From: Candidatus Kaiserbacteria bacterium
Lineage (GTDB): Bacteria; Patescibacteriota; Minisyncoccia; Phycocordibacterales; UBA2100
DNA: 64,000 nucleotides
Direction: 5' to 3'
Assembly (NCBI GenBank): GCA_016186765.1
Contig: JACPLD010000005.1
Coordinates: 13,785-77,784 of the forward strand
Made by a program: the position numbers and the translations under genes. Shown one piece after another: positions 9,817 through 19,464 of the stretch. The first letter of the stretch is position 1. Each line of letters begins with the position of its first letter. The notes under the pieces are model-generated. The model was not told the origin of the DNA and did not search any database. It worked only from the letters and a program-made list of their open reading frames with translations.

Positions 9817-10299
9817 CTAGAGTCGCACAAGCTCTCCAATGCGCACACCGCGCCTTTCGACGAAGCCTGCAGGGAGCTCTACTACGTATCTCGCCTCGCG
9901 TCTCGGAGCAAAGCTTGCAGGGTACGTTTCCGGTGCGACATATTCTTCGATATGCACAATCGCACCATCACGAGAAATCCACAAAATGTCAATGGGGAAT
10001 TCCATGTCTTTCATCCAGAAAGCGTAGCGCCCATCTTCATTGAAGATGAAGAGCATCCCCTCGTCTTCCGCGAGCCCCTTCCAACCGCTCAATCCCCTCT
10101 CACGCTCTTCCGGAGTATCCGCGACGGTAACTCTCACGACACGATCTGCAATCAAAATCGTCGATGACGCAGAAACATTTGAATCACTTGCCGAAAAATT
10201 GTCGGCTACAGGTGTGAACGGAAGGTCGGCGTAGATAAGCGAAATGAGAAACGCACACGCCGCGAGAATAAGCGCGATCGAAAGGGTTCGCCTCATCAC
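9817..10299 (-). CDS. DUF192 family protein
   Basis: ADTPEERERGL, GMLFIF, FWMKDMEFPIDILWI, YVVELPAG. Confidence 0.9.
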   Translation of the reverse strand: MMRRTLSIALILAACAFLISLIYADLPFTPVADNFSASDSNVSASSTILIADRVVRVTVADTPEERERGLSGWKGLAEDEGMLFIFNEDGRYAFWMKDMEFPIDILWISRDGAIVHIEEYVAPETYPASFAPRREARYVVELPAGFVERRGVRIGELVRL

Positions 10300-10308
10300 G
10301 CCATTAAA

Positions 10309-10713
10309 TCAAAATACGAGAACTATTGCCATTGCGATGAATGACACCAACCAATACAAAGCGTTGATTGCATAGAGTTTGAATGATCTCTGCTCCCAGA
10401 GAACCATACCGAGCATCGTGGGCGCAACGAAACCAGCCCAGCACCAAAAGCCAAGCTCGATCGCCCCGATCACATCAAAAACGCCCCACGCGATGCCGAA
10501 ATAATTCATCACATACGCCGCGAGCATGCTTGCGAGAAGCCCGAAGAACGCCATCAAGGGCATTTGCTTTTTCCCTTTCTCCACTTGCTCAGGAGAAAGA
10601 TTCGCGAGACGCATCCACATGCCGCCAAAGACGCGCGGGTGGTACCAAATGAATCCGATTACGACGGACGCGACACCTGCAAAGAGTATGGGAAGGAACG
10701 TGACTTCGAACAT
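10309..10713 (-). CDS. DUF1761 family membrane protein
   Basis: IGFIWYHPRVFGGMW motif; 4 TM helices. Confidence 0.85.
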   Translation of the reverse strand: MFEVTFLPILFAGVASVVIGFIWYHPRVFGGMWMRLANLSPEQVEKGKKQMPLMAFFGLLASMLAAYVMNYFGIAWGVFDVIGAIELGFWCWAGFVAPTMLGMVLWEQRSFKLYAINALYWLVSFIAMAIVLVF

Positions 10714-10780
10714 GTGTACATGGTAGCAGGGCGAATGTACGTGTCTATTCTGTCTTGTGCATAAGCTGAGTGGATCCTGC

Positions 10781-10820
10781 TATACCCCATGAGATGAAAG
10801 AATCTATCTCACGGGGTATA
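10781..10820. repeat. inverted repeat overlapping a -10 box (ACCCCGTGAGAT family), copy A
   Basis: TATACCCCATGAGAT-N10-ATCTCACGGGGTATA; related element at 55257-55299. Confidence 0.75.
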
Positions 10821-10828
10821 CTTTCTCT

Positions 10829-11773
10829 ATGGCCGCGCCTCTTCGAAAACAAAGAACGCCTGCTTCATCGGAGCCGCAGTTCAAAATCCGGAGTGAAAAT
10901 AAGAAGCTCGATCTCGACGCGGCGAACAACAACGAAAGCAACGAGCAGTTCGAAGATGCATTCTTACGCGACTTCCCACGCTTTACCGCAAATCGCAGCG
11001 ACGTGCGCGCGCTCGCGGCAGTCCGGAGAAAATTCAAGCTCGGCCGCTATCACGATCTCAATATCTTCGTGCTTGCGCACGATCGCGATGTCTCAGCAGA
11101 GCGCGTCTTTGGGAGAGACGAAGAGAACAAGGTTGTCTTCTACAGTACAAGCAAGGCTATAAAAAGGGCGCTCGAAGCGCGCGGCCATGAGGCAAGGAAG
11201 GCAGATCTTGAACAGCATGCCGAAAGCGGACGCGCCGATATCTTCATCATGCTGGATCCGGAAATTTCTGTGACGAAGCGCCTACGCGCGAACATTGTCC
11301 CACGAGGCCTCGTCTTGTGCCGTCTTAAAAACGCAAACTCGCTGCGCGCCTACGGTTACTCATTCAGGGCCATCGTCGACATGAATGGCGGAACTCCCTC
11401 CTTGAGCCGCCACGACGACCCGACGTTCTGGAAGAGCGTCGAGGTCGACTCGGAGGGAGCTTTTCGAGAAGCTTCGAGCGAGCAGAACGAAGGCGTCGTC
11501 ACCTACGAACAGGCAAAGGAAAAGGTGCGAGAAGCAAGAGAGGCCGGCATTCCAGGAATGTCAGAGAACGATGTGTTTGAAAGTTACTCCACGCTCATCG
11601 AGATGGCTGAGGAGCAGAACCGGGGCGCTCTCGAGCGAGGAGAAACGATGCTTTCGTTAACGGCAAAAGTCGGAGAAAAAGAAGTCACAATTAGTGGCAT
11701 CAATGTCGTTCTTCCTACTAAAAAATCGGGGCACGACGACGACATTGTTGTGATGAGAAAGGGCCTGATGTAA
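10829..11773 (+). CDS. hypothetical protein
   Basis: 314-aa ORF with TATACT 6 nt upstream; no family recognised. Confidence 0.7.
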   Translation: MAAPLRKQRTPASSEPQFKIRSENKKLDLDAANNNESNEQFEDAFLRDFPRFTANRSDVRALAAVRRKFKLGRYHDLNIFVLAHDRDVSAERVFGRDEENKVVFYSTSKAIKRALEARGHEARKADLEQHAESGRADIFIMLDPEISVTKRLRANIVPRGLVLCRLKNANSLRAYGYSFRAIVDMNGGTPSLSRHDDPTFWKSVEVDSEGAFREASSEQNEGVVTYEQAKEKVREAREAGIPGMSENDVFESYSTLIEMAEEQNRGALERGETMLSLTAKVGEKEVTISGINVVLPTKKSGHDDDIVVMRKGLM

Positions 11774-11792
11774 TCTGGCGCTGCACTCAAAC

Positions 11793-11880
11793 TGGCGGAG
11801 GGTGAGAGATTCGAACTCTCGATGCCTTGCGGCATACCGCTTCTCCAAAGCGGCGCACTAGACCACTATGCGAACCCTCC
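11793..11880 (-). tRNA. tRNA-Ser (GGA), CCA encoded
   Basis: GGAGGGTTCGCATAGTGGTCTAGTGCGCCGCTTTGGAGAAGCGGTATGCCGCAAGGCATCGAGAGTTCGAATCTCTCACCCTCCGCCA; long variable arm. Confidence 0.95.
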
Positions 11881-11907
11881 CAACGCGCTCGTTATATCAC
11901 GTGGATG

Positions 11908-12819
11908 CTACACGCGCATTTGTGTAAGCGCTGCGATCCGCTCCTCTACTGGTGGATGTGTAGAGAAAATCTTAGCGATGAATCTTCCGCCTTGCGCACT
12001 TGCCCTGAGCGAAGTCGAGGGGCCAAACGGATTCGAAATGAATAGGTGCGCGGTGGCGTGGTTTGCCCTTCGAAGAGGCTCAGGGTAAAGCGCGATTTTG
12101 CGGAGTGCACTTGCGAGACCTTCGGGATAGCGCGTGAGAAGTGCGCCGGAAGCATCAGCGAGAAATTCTCGCCTGCGCGAAACCGCAAGCTGAATGAGCT
12201 GCGCCGCGATGGGTGCCACAATGATGGCAACGATGCCGGCAATCAGCAGGATAGGATTTCTGTTGTCGCGATCGCCGTGCCCAAAAAAGCTCATACGCAG
12301 GAAGATGTCGGAGACGATCGCGATGAATCCTGCGAGCACAACCGCGACTGTCATCACCAAGATGTCGCGATTGCCGACGTGTGAAAGCTCGTGCGCGAGC
12401 ACTCCCTCGAGCTCGCTACGCTCGAGTCGTGAGAGGAGCCCTGTCGTCACCGCAACGACTGCATGCTTTGGGTTGCGGCCTGCGGCAAACGCGTTGGGCG
12501 CGGGATCGTCGATCACGTAGAGTCGGGGCTTCGGCAGTCCTGCAGTAATCGCGAGGTTTTCGAGAATGCGATGCAACTCGAGATACTGCTTGGCGTCGGC
12601 TTCCTTCGCACCCGTCGCCGCGAGCGCGACCTTGTCGGAAAACCAGTACGCCGTGATGTTCATGAGAAGCGAGAACGCAACCGCGATGTAGAGAATCCCA
12701 GGATTGTTCACATACCACGCGATGAAGTAGCCGATCGCGATAACCACGACGAGAAAAACCGTCATGAGAAGCCACGTCCGGCGGATGTTTTTACCCTGCT
12801 GTGTGTAGAGCGACGACAT
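11908..12819 (-). CDS. htpX: zinc metalloprotease HtpX (M48)
   Basis: PNAFAAG, HELSH, SRRREFLAD, STHPP. Confidence 0.95.
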   Translation of the reverse strand: MSSLYTQQGKNIRRTWLLMTVFLVVVIAIGYFIAWYVNNPGILYIAVAFSLLMNITAYWFSDKVALAATGAKEADAKQYLELHRILENLAITAGLPKPRLYVIDDPAPNAFAAGRNPKHAVVAVTTGLLSRLERSELEGVLAHELSHVGNRDILVMTVAVVLAGFIAIVSDIFLRMSFFGHGDRDNRNPILLIAGIVAIIVAPIAAQLIQLAVSRRREFLADASGALLTRYPEGLASALRKIALYPEPLRRANHATAHLFISNPFGPSTSLRASAQGGRFIAKIFSTHPPVEERIAALTQMRV

Positions 12820-12860
12820 AGTACTTAGCCACTAGGGTATAGCCAATAGGGAAAAACCCA

Positions 12861-12989
12861 CTAGGGTTTAGCCAATAGGGAGGAAATAAGCTTGTTCAGC
12901 ATGCGCATTGTTTCGTCAGTGAGTTGATACACTGCTTTTACCAACTGCACTCCTCTCTGCCAAACAACAAGATTTCGATATGTTTGCAT
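12861..12989 (-). pseudogene. internally deleted four-helix-bundle (23S IVS-type) gene, 42 aa, flanked by inverted heptamer arrays
   Basis: MQTYRNLVVWQRGVQLVKAVYQLT (family N-terminus) joined directly to DETMRMLNKLISSL (family C-terminus); the central SQxRRAxxSIPxNIAEG core is missing. Confidence 0.75.
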
Positions 12990-13014
12990 TGCCCTATACC
13001 TTATTGGCTAGTGG

Positions 13015-13569
13015 CTAAAAGCTCACGCGAACTGGTTCGCGTGCAGCGCCCTCGCTTTCTCCGAGCTGAAAGAATTCGCGTGTCTTGAAGGCAAACATGT
13101 TGCCGATGATATTCGAGGGAAACATTTCGATCGCGTTCTGCAATTCCTGCACGACGGAGTTGTAGAAACGGCGCGCGGCCTGGATCTTGTTCTCGGTGTC
13201 GGAGAGCTCGCGCTGAAGTTCGATGAAGTTCTCATTCGCTTTCAGGTTCGGATAATTCTCTGCAACAGCGAACAACGTCTTGAGCGCTCCCGTGAGCATA
13301 TTTTCCGCAGCTGCATGCTCGGCAACCGTTTGCGCAGCAAGAGCTTTCGTGCGTGCATCCGTTACTTTTTGGAGCGTTCCAGCCTCATGCTGCATGTAGC
13401 CGCGAACCGTCCCAACAAGATTGGGAATGAGATCGTAGCGACGCTTGAGCTGCACGTCGATATCACTCCACGCTTCCTCGCAACGGTTTGTGAGCTGAAC
13501 GAGGCGATTGTATGCCCAGATCGCCCAAACGGCGACCACCCCGACCGCGCCCAAAAGAATCCACTCCAT
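13015..13569 (-). CDS. lemA: LemA family protein
   Basis: AWSDIDVQLKRRYDLIPNLV, ENYPNLKANENF, ARRFYN. Confidence 0.97.
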   Translation of the reverse strand: MEWILLGAVGVVAVWAIWAYNRLVQLTNRCEEAWSDIDVQLKRRYDLIPNLVGTVRGYMQHEAGTLQKVTDARTKALAAQTVAEHAAAENMLTGALKTLFAVAENYPNLKANENFIELQRELSDTENKIQAARRFYNSVVQELQNAIEMFPSNIIGNMFAFKTREFFQLGESEGAAREPVRVSF

Positions 13570-13613
13570 ACTGCGAGATTATATCATTTCGCGCCCTTGC
13601 TGCGAAGGTCCAC

Positions 13614-13634
13614 GGTCAAGGTAAGACCTTGACC
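13614..13634. repeat. CAAGGT-AAG-ACCTTG palindrome, copy A
   Basis: GGTCAAGGTAAGACCTTGACC; same 15-nt core at 63830-63854. Confidence 0.7.
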
Positions 13635-13641
13635 ACTTCTA

Positions 13642-16140
13642 CTAGCGGTGCGTCTGCTGCCACTTGATCAGAGCCGCTATGAGATTGACATTCTCCTGGA
13701 AAGTCCCCCTGTACCGCGTAACAGGAGGTGCATAGCCTTCACTCGCGAGGTAGTTGTACAGTTCGCGTCGCTCGGCAATCGACGGCAAGTTTCCTCCCCA
13801 CGCCTGATACGGACTAATAAGTTTGCTGACCTGAGGAACCGCAATCGGAAGTGGCGAGGACGAGGAGGGCAGAGGCACTTGCGGGCTTGGCGCAACGACA
13901 GTGGAGGGCGCCGGTTGTTGAGAAGCCACTCGCGTCGGATTCGGATCGGGCAAAGATGGAGGCGGCTCAAACCTTACTCCCCCAGTACCCCCTGCACTAA
14001 CACCTGCACCTACACGCGTAGTGTCCTGCGCAACAACAGGCTGAGAAGCGACCTCGACGCTACCACTAGCAGTCTGCGGCGGAGGCCCTGTAAGGACTGC
14101 AATTGCAGTGCGTACAGCTGCGGCGGCTGGAGCTGTAGGAAATTGAGGTCGTCCCGCCGCTGCGGCTTCTAGAACTCGTGGGGGTATTGCCGCCGTCACA
14201 TCTAGCACCGATGGTTGGGCACTTGCGACCGTCGCAACGGGCAGCTGGGAGGCTTCAACCATAGCTTGGATAGCGGAGGAATTAGATCTGTTCACTGGAG
14301 CTAACAAGTCCGCTACTTGCCCATAGGAGACCGGTGCATCCGATGCTCGAAACCCCGTAAGGCCATTCATTACATGCTCGATTGCGTCAGCATATTGGTC
14401 TGAATTGTTATATCTTCGGGCAGCCCAATACCGGATTTCCTCGCCAGTGGCATCAGGCCCTAATGAAGGCTGCCCTTTCCGTAATACCTTTCCCTCCCCA
14501 ATAGCCTTCGAATACTCCCCGAGTAAATTCCCGGCGGCTTCGATGTTCTCTGCAAGACTGTAGTTCTTAGGATCACCACCAGCCTCCTTGAGAGTACCAG
14601 CTTGGATCTGAAGCGGACCGTAATTTGTCTTTTCATTTCCCACGTCTGTGCTCGATGGTAAGCCTAGATCATAGTTACTTTCAATTATACTGCCGGCAAT
14701 AACTCGATCAGCGAGATGTTGGGGCGTCGGAAACGCTCGTCGGTCGACTTGGCCTGCTTGAAAAAGTGTTTCCGCGTGCGTCTCCGCGAGTAAACGAGCT
14801 CTTCCCGGACCAGCTTTCAACCAGTTGTCAGTTGGGTTGGGAAATAGCTGCCCGTATGTTCGTGATCCTGCTACCCCGTCGGCAGTTAACCCATTTGCCT
14901 GTTGGTAGGCCTGTAGGGCTGCTGCTGTCTTACTCCCGAATTGTTCGTCTATCGGGCCAGGGTCGAACCCTGCGTCGCTGAGTGCTTGCTGTAGCTTCGT
15001 AACGTCTGCACCGCTGCTGCCGACCCTAAGTGTCTGCGTTGGAGCAGCCGCTCCGCCCTCCGATGGATCAGGCATCCCATAACGGACTGCCATCTTCGTG
15101 TTCGTCAATTCATTCAGAGCACTGAGCGTTTGGGCTGGAAGACAGCCCGCACATGGCTGATAATCCCCAGGCGTGACCAAGTCTTTGAAAAGAGAACCGA
15201 GATCGACCTTGGAAGGATCAAATTTTTCGATCGCTTCTTGCATCGCATTTTGAAGGTTGAGATTTTCAAGCGATTTCATCGCAGCATCCACAGCATCCGT
15301 TGCCTTTTGGACAATTTCGCTTTTCTGGAATGTGCAGGCTACACCGCACGTGGGATCTTCTTCTGCCGCAACAGACGGCTCGCCAAATGTCTTCTCCGGC
15401 AACCCTATCCCCTCAGTCAGACCGAAGCCCGGCGGCAAATTCTTTGTTGGATCTGTTTCCTGCCGAAGTGACGCTGCCTCCTCCTTCAACCCTTCCAATT
15501 GCTCGTTTAGAGAACCCAGATCCACTCCCGTCCGACATTCCCCAGCACCGCAGTTCTGTTCTTTGAAGTTTTGCAGTAGCCTTATTTGCTCATCGAGCTC
15601 TTTTAGCCTTGTGTCCTTCTCCGATTCACTCGGCTCTATGCCTGTCTGCTCAGACCCAAAAGCTTCATTGAGCTGGCCTGCCTGAGAACCTTGGAGGGGA
15701 GTTGTCTGCGCCGGCTCCTTGGAAGCGCTTTCCAATTGTTTGGCAAGCTCCCCCGAATCCTTCGGATCTTTCACTTTAGACGGATCAAATGTCTTTTGCG
15801 TCGGCGCATCAAAGCATTTCGGGCTTTCCCCTACACCTTGTGGTGTGCAGTATGTTACTGCACAGTTACCAGGCTCTAATTTTTCATTGGGGTAGCAGTT
15901 GGCTGCAGTCTTCTCACCACCTCCCCTCACAATGCACGAGGCGCCGACTGGCTTGAAATAAAACGTGCCCTGCTCATCTTTTTTTTGCACGCACTTGATG
16001 CAGTCGTTTGTTACCACGCCTTCCATTGTTGCACTCTCCTTAAGGCACGGGTTCTCCTCGGCTGCGAAGACAATGAGCGGCAAGGAAATCGCAAAAACGA
16101 GTGCCAACGCAAAGGGAGCCACAGCTTTTGTGCTGTACAT
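13642..16140 (-). CDS. secreted protein with peptidoglycan-binding and lytic-transglycosylase-like domains
   Basis: Signal peptide, Cys-rich N-terminus, PG_binding_1 (LRVGSSGADVTKLQQAL...DGVAG), SLT-like ES...GPLQI...YN, Pro-rich linker. Confidence 0.7.
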   Translation of the reverse strand: MYSTKAVAPFALALVFAISLPLIVFAAEENPCLKESATMEGVVTNDCIKCVQKKDEQGTFYFKPVGASCIVRGGGEKTAANCYPNEKLEPGNCAVTYCTPQGVGESPKCFDAPTQKTFDPSKVKDPKDSGELAKQLESASKEPAQTTPLQGSQAGQLNEAFGSEQTGIEPSESEKDTRLKELDEQIRLLQNFKEQNCGAGECRTGVDLGSLNEQLEGLKEEAASLRQETDPTKNLPPGFGLTEGIGLPEKTFGEPSVAAEEDPTCGVACTFQKSEIVQKATDAVDAAMKSLENLNLQNAMQEAIEKFDPSKVDLGSLFKDLVTPGDYQPCAGCLPAQTLSALNELTNTKMAVRYGMPDPSEGGAAAPTQTLRVGSSGADVTKLQQALSDAGFDPGPIDEQFGSKTAAALQAYQQANGLTADGVAGSRTYGQLFPNPTDNWLKAGPGRARLLAETHAETLFQAGQVDRRAFPTPQHLADRVIAGSIIESNYDLGLPSSTDVGNEKTNYGPLQIQAGTLKEAGGDPKNYSLAENIEAAGNLLGEYSKAIGEGKVLRKGQPSLGPDATGEEIRYWAARRYNNSDQYADAIEHVMNGLTGFRASDAPVSYGQVADLLAPVNRSNSSAIQAMVEASQLPVATVASAQPSVLDVTAAIPPRVLEAAAAGRPQFPTAPAAAAVRTAIAVLTGPPPQTASGSVEVASQPVVAQDTTRVGAGVSAGGTGGVRFEPPPSLPDPNPTRVASQQPAPSTVVAPSPQVPLPSSSSPLPIAVPQVSKLISPYQAWGGNLPSIAERRELYNYLASEGYAPPVTRYRGTFQENVNLIAALIKWQQTHR

Positions 16141-16288
16141 GCATCAAATAGTAACCTGTCGCGGCTCGAATTCAGCGGTGGCACTGTGGACTACCGCGCG
16201 CAAGCCTCACCTCGAACAAATTGCCGTGCTCGATCGGAGCCGAGATACCTGGAGCGAGATACAGATTTTCAGTCTTTTCCCCGCACAA

Positions 16289-16398
16289 AGCGAGCGGGCA
16301 TGAGCGTTTTTGGAGTCTTCGCGCAGGCCGACGGGCTTCAGCGGGAGCAATTTTTCAGCAGAAAAATATGCGACTCCAAAACGCTTACGCCCGCGAGT
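16289..16398 (+). repeat. ~110-nt structured repeat, copy 3
   Basis: Outer stem pairs; core hairpin shows a compensatory change (ATTTTTC-AGCA-GAAAAAT). Confidence 0.9.
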
Positions 16399-16403
16399 GC
16401 CCC

Positions 16404-18059
16404 CTACATTTCATCCATCCCTCCGCCCATGCCCGCGCCGGGAGAGAGAGGCACTTTCTTTTCAGGAATTTCGGCAACGGCGGCCTCGGTCGTCAAAAGT
16501 ACGGCTGCGGCGGACGCCGAGTTCTCGACACAGCTGCGCGTCACCTTCACCGGATCGATGATGCCCGCCTCGTACATGTCGACGATTGCGCTCTCGTCCG
16601 ACTCGGCGAGCGCATTGAATCCAAATGCGCCTCCTTTCTTCACAACTTCCTTTAAAACAACCGCCGAATCCTGTCGGCCGGCATTTTCGGCAATCTGCAG
16701 CAAGGGCGCAGAGAGCGCCGTAAGAAGAATCCGGTAGCCCACTGTGTATTCGTCGTGCGCTTTCGAGTCTATCCTCTTTGAAAGTTTATCCGCAACGCGA
16801 GCAAGCGCGGCGCCTCCGCCAGGGACGATGCCTTCGGCAATTGCCGCTTTGGTTGCGTTCACGGCATCTTCTATCTTGTCTTTGAGATACTTCATTTCTG
16901 TTTCCGTCGGCGCGCCGACGCGGATCACCGCAACGCCGCCGGAGAGTTTGGCAATGCGCTCCTCGAGTTTCTCGCGATCGAACTTCGAATCTATGCTCTC
17001 CAGCTGCTTCCTGAGCGAAGAGACGCGCGCCTCGATGTCGGCCTTCTTCCCCTTCCCGCCGACGATCACGGTTGAATCTTTGGTGGCAACAACGCGGCTG
17101 GCCGCACCAAGCATCGAGAGCTCGGCATTTTCGAGTTTCGTGCCGAGATCTTCGGAGATCACATGGCCGCCCACCGTGATCGCGATGTCCTGCAGCATTT
17201 CTTTCTTGCGATCGCCGTAGCCCGGGGCTTTGACCGCAAGCACATTGAAGGTTCCTCGAAGTTTGTTCACCACGAATGTGGCGAGCGCCTCTCCTTCCAC
17301 GTCGTCCCCGATGATGACGAGATCTTTGTCGCCACCTTGCGCGACCTTCTCCAAGAGCGGAAGAATTTCCTTGATGGCAGAGATCTTTTTGTCGGTGATG
17401 AGAATGGTAGCGTCTTTGATCACGGCCTCCATCCGATCGGGATTCGTGATCATGTAAGCGGAAACGTAACCCTTGTCGAACTCCATGCCCTCCACGTATT
17501 CGTAATCGATGGCGGTTGTCTGCCCCTCCTCGACGGTGACGACGCCGTCTTTGCCAACCTTCTCAACGACTTCAGCAATTGTTTTTCCAAGCTCTTCAGA
17601 CTCTGCTGCGATCATGGCAACTTGCCGTATGTCGCTTTTGCCTTTGATGGGCTTTGCCATTTTCTTTAGCTCTTCGACAGCATCTTTCGCCGCCGCCTCG
17701 ATACCCCGGCGGACAAGCATCGCATTCGCTCCCAAGGCTGTACGCTTCAAGCCCTCGTGCACGATCGCTTGCGTGAGAACAACAGCCGTCGTCGTGCCGT
17801 CGCCCGCCTTGTCGTTCGTTTTGGTGGCAACTTCTTTCACGATGGAAGCGCCCATGTCCTCAAATTTGTCTTCGAGAGAGATCTCTTTTGCGATCGTGAC
17901 GCCATCGTTCGTGATGGTAGGACCGCCCCATGATTTGCCAAGCGCAACATTCCTTCCCTTGGGTCCAAGCGTCACTTTCACTGCGCCCGCGACGATATCC
18001 ACACCGCGCTTGAGAGCGCTTCTTACATCCTGATCAAAGATGACTTGTTTTCCGGCCAT
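16404..18059 (-). CDS. groL: chaperonin GroEL
   Basis: VTLGPKGRNV, AGDGTTTA, GGM tail. Confidence 0.99.
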   Translation of the reverse strand: MAGKQVIFDQDVRSALKRGVDIVAGAVKVTLGPKGRNVALGKSWGGPTITNDGVTIAKEISLEDKFEDMGASIVKEVATKTNDKAGDGTTTAVVLTQAIVHEGLKRTALGANAMLVRRGIEAAAKDAVEELKKMAKPIKGKSDIRQVAMIAAESEELGKTIAEVVEKVGKDGVVTVEEGQTTAIDYEYVEGMEFDKGYVSAYMITNPDRMEAVIKDATILITDKKISAIKEILPLLEKVAQGGDKDLVIIGDDVEGEALATFVVNKLRGTFNVLAVKAPGYGDRKKEMLQDIAITVGGHVISEDLGTKLENAELSMLGAASRVVATKDSTVIVGGKGKKADIEARVSSLRKQLESIDSKFDREKLEERIAKLSGGVAVIRVGAPTETEMKYLKDKIEDAVNATKAAIAEGIVPGGGAALARVADKLSKRIDSKAHDEYTVGYRILLTALSAPLLQIAENAGRQDSAVVLKEVVKKGGAFGFNALAESDESAIVDMYEAGIIDPVKVTRSCVENSASAAAVLLTTEAAVAEIPEKKVPLSPGAGMGGGMDEM

Positions 18060-18061
18060 AC

Positions 18062-18096
18062 GAATTAGGTTCTAGGTATTAGGTGTTAGGTTCCAG
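18062..18096 (-). repeat. heptamer array between groS and groL
   Basis: Minus strand CTGGAAC CTAACAC CTAATAC CTAGAAC CTAATTC, then GTATG (groL start). Confidence 0.75.
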
Positions 18097-18101
18097 TAAA
18101 T

Positions 18102-18422
18102 TCATTTAACGACGGCGAGAATGTTGGACTCGGAGATGATGTAGTACTCCTCGTCGCCTATCTTCACCTCGTCGTAGCCGTACTTCGAGAAGATAACGAT
18201 ATCGCCAGCCTTCACCGATACGGGAATGAGATCGCCTCCGTCACCGCGCTTTCCCGGACCAACCGCGATCACCTTCCCACGCTCGGGTTTTTCTTTCTGC
18301 GCAGTGTCGGGAATGATGATACCTCCCGGCGACTTTGTGTCCCCAACCTCCTCTGGCTTCACCAAGACCCGATCTCCAATCGGCATTACGCTAACCTTTG
18401 TTTTCTTTGATTCTTTTTTCAT
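18102..18422 (-). CDS. groS: co-chaperonin GroES
   Basis: PIGDRVLV, GGIIIPDTA, VIAVGPG. Confidence 0.98.
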   Translation of the reverse strand: MKKESKKTKVSVMPIGDRVLVKPEEVGDTKSPGGIIIPDTAQKEKPERGKVIAVGPGKRGDGGDLIPVSVKAGDIVIFSKYGYDEVKIGDEEYYIISESNILAVVK

Positions 18423-18600
18423 ATCAAAATGAATGCTTAATAAAAATTATTACGAGTTCGCGGAGGAACCGCTTCGAGTGCGTACTATAAATGAAGGGGC
18501 TATTTTGGGTCAACTTGACTGGAAGCCGAAGGAATTATAGAATGTTGCCGGTAAAAAACCTTGCCGTCGAGTGGACGGTATATTTCGAGGAGGAACGATC

Positions 18601-19068
18601 ATGCTATCAGGGCCTGCCGCGCTTATGGCGGCACTCTTCTTTTTCGCAGTCACTGTAGCGTGGCTGTTTGTCCGCCAATATTACACGGCGGCAGTGATGA
18701 TGCTTGTGCCCCTGGCGTTTTCCGCACTGTGGCTCAGACCTGAGGAAGTGACGGAGTTGTGGCCGTACTTCGACCCGATCGTCACGGTGTTGTGTATCGC
18801 TCTGCTCGGCGTTCTTGCAGGAGTTATGCTGGTGAGGATACGGAATCTGGTCGTGAGATTCGTGCTGACATTCCTTTTCGGACTCGTCGGCACGTGGGTT
18901 CTCATGCTCGCAATTCATACCCTCCTCAGCCTTATGCTGAGCGGCGAGACATGGGATTCGGCTTTCGACAAGATCTTTCGCCTGCTCACTACAGCCTCAG
19001 AACTCGGCGTTATGACGCTCATCGCCGCGGTTATCGGCGGACTGCTGCTCGCGATACGCCGACACTAG
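18601..19068 (+). CDS. hypothetical membrane protein
   Basis: About 5 TM helices; GAGGAGGA upstream of ATG 18601. Confidence 0.7.
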   Translation: MLSGPAALMAALFFFAVTVAWLFVRQYYTAAVMMLVPLAFSALWLRPEEVTELWPYFDPIVTVLCIALLGVLAGVMLVRIRNLVVRFVLTFLFGLVGTWVLMLAIHTLLSLMLSGETWDSAFDKIFRLLTTASELGVMTLIAAVIGGLLLAIRRH

Positions 19069-19094
19069 CGCCGACCGAAGAGCCTCTCCTTCTT

Positions 19095-19134
19095 GGCGGC
19101 GGTCGCGTCTGACGCGACCGCCGCCCTTTCTTTT
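19095..19134 (+). terminator. intrinsic terminator
   Basis: GGCGGCGGTCGCGTC-T-GACGCGACCGCCGCC followed by CTTTCTTTT. Confidence 0.75.
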
Positions 19135-19140
19135 GACACG

Positions 19141-19169
19141 TTGACTTCCGCGACCACCTATGCTACATT
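19141..19169 (+). promoter_or_regulatory. sigma70 promoter of secG
   Basis: TTGACT-N17-TACATT with extended TG; ATG 7 nt downstream. Confidence 0.75.
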
Positions 19170-19176
19170 AGCACCG

Positions 19177-19410
19177 ATGGTTTTTCTCCAAACCGCGCTG
19201 CCCTACGTGCAGATCGTGCTCTCTGTACTGCTTATCGGCGCGATCGTGCTGCAGCGCACCGGGGCATCTTTGGGAGGCGCCTTCGGAGCCGACAACTTCA
19301 GCTCCGGTTTCCACACGCGGCGTGGTTTGGAGAGGACTCTCTTCTATGCTACGATTGTTATCGCAATACTCTTCGTTTTGTCGGCAGTCTTTAATTTATT
19401 AGTAAGTTGA
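19177..19410 (+). CDS. secG: preprotein translocase subunit SecG
   Basis: IVLQRTGASLGGAFG...TRRGLERTL, two TM helices. Confidence 0.9.
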   Translation: MVFLQTALPYVQIVLSVLLIGAIVLQRTGASLGGAFGADNFSSGFHTRRGLERTLFYATIVIAILFVLSAVFNLLVS

Positions 19411-19464
19411 CGCTTTCGCGTACTCTCCGCTTCAGCGGAGAGTACGCAGCGCGCGTGACGCGCC

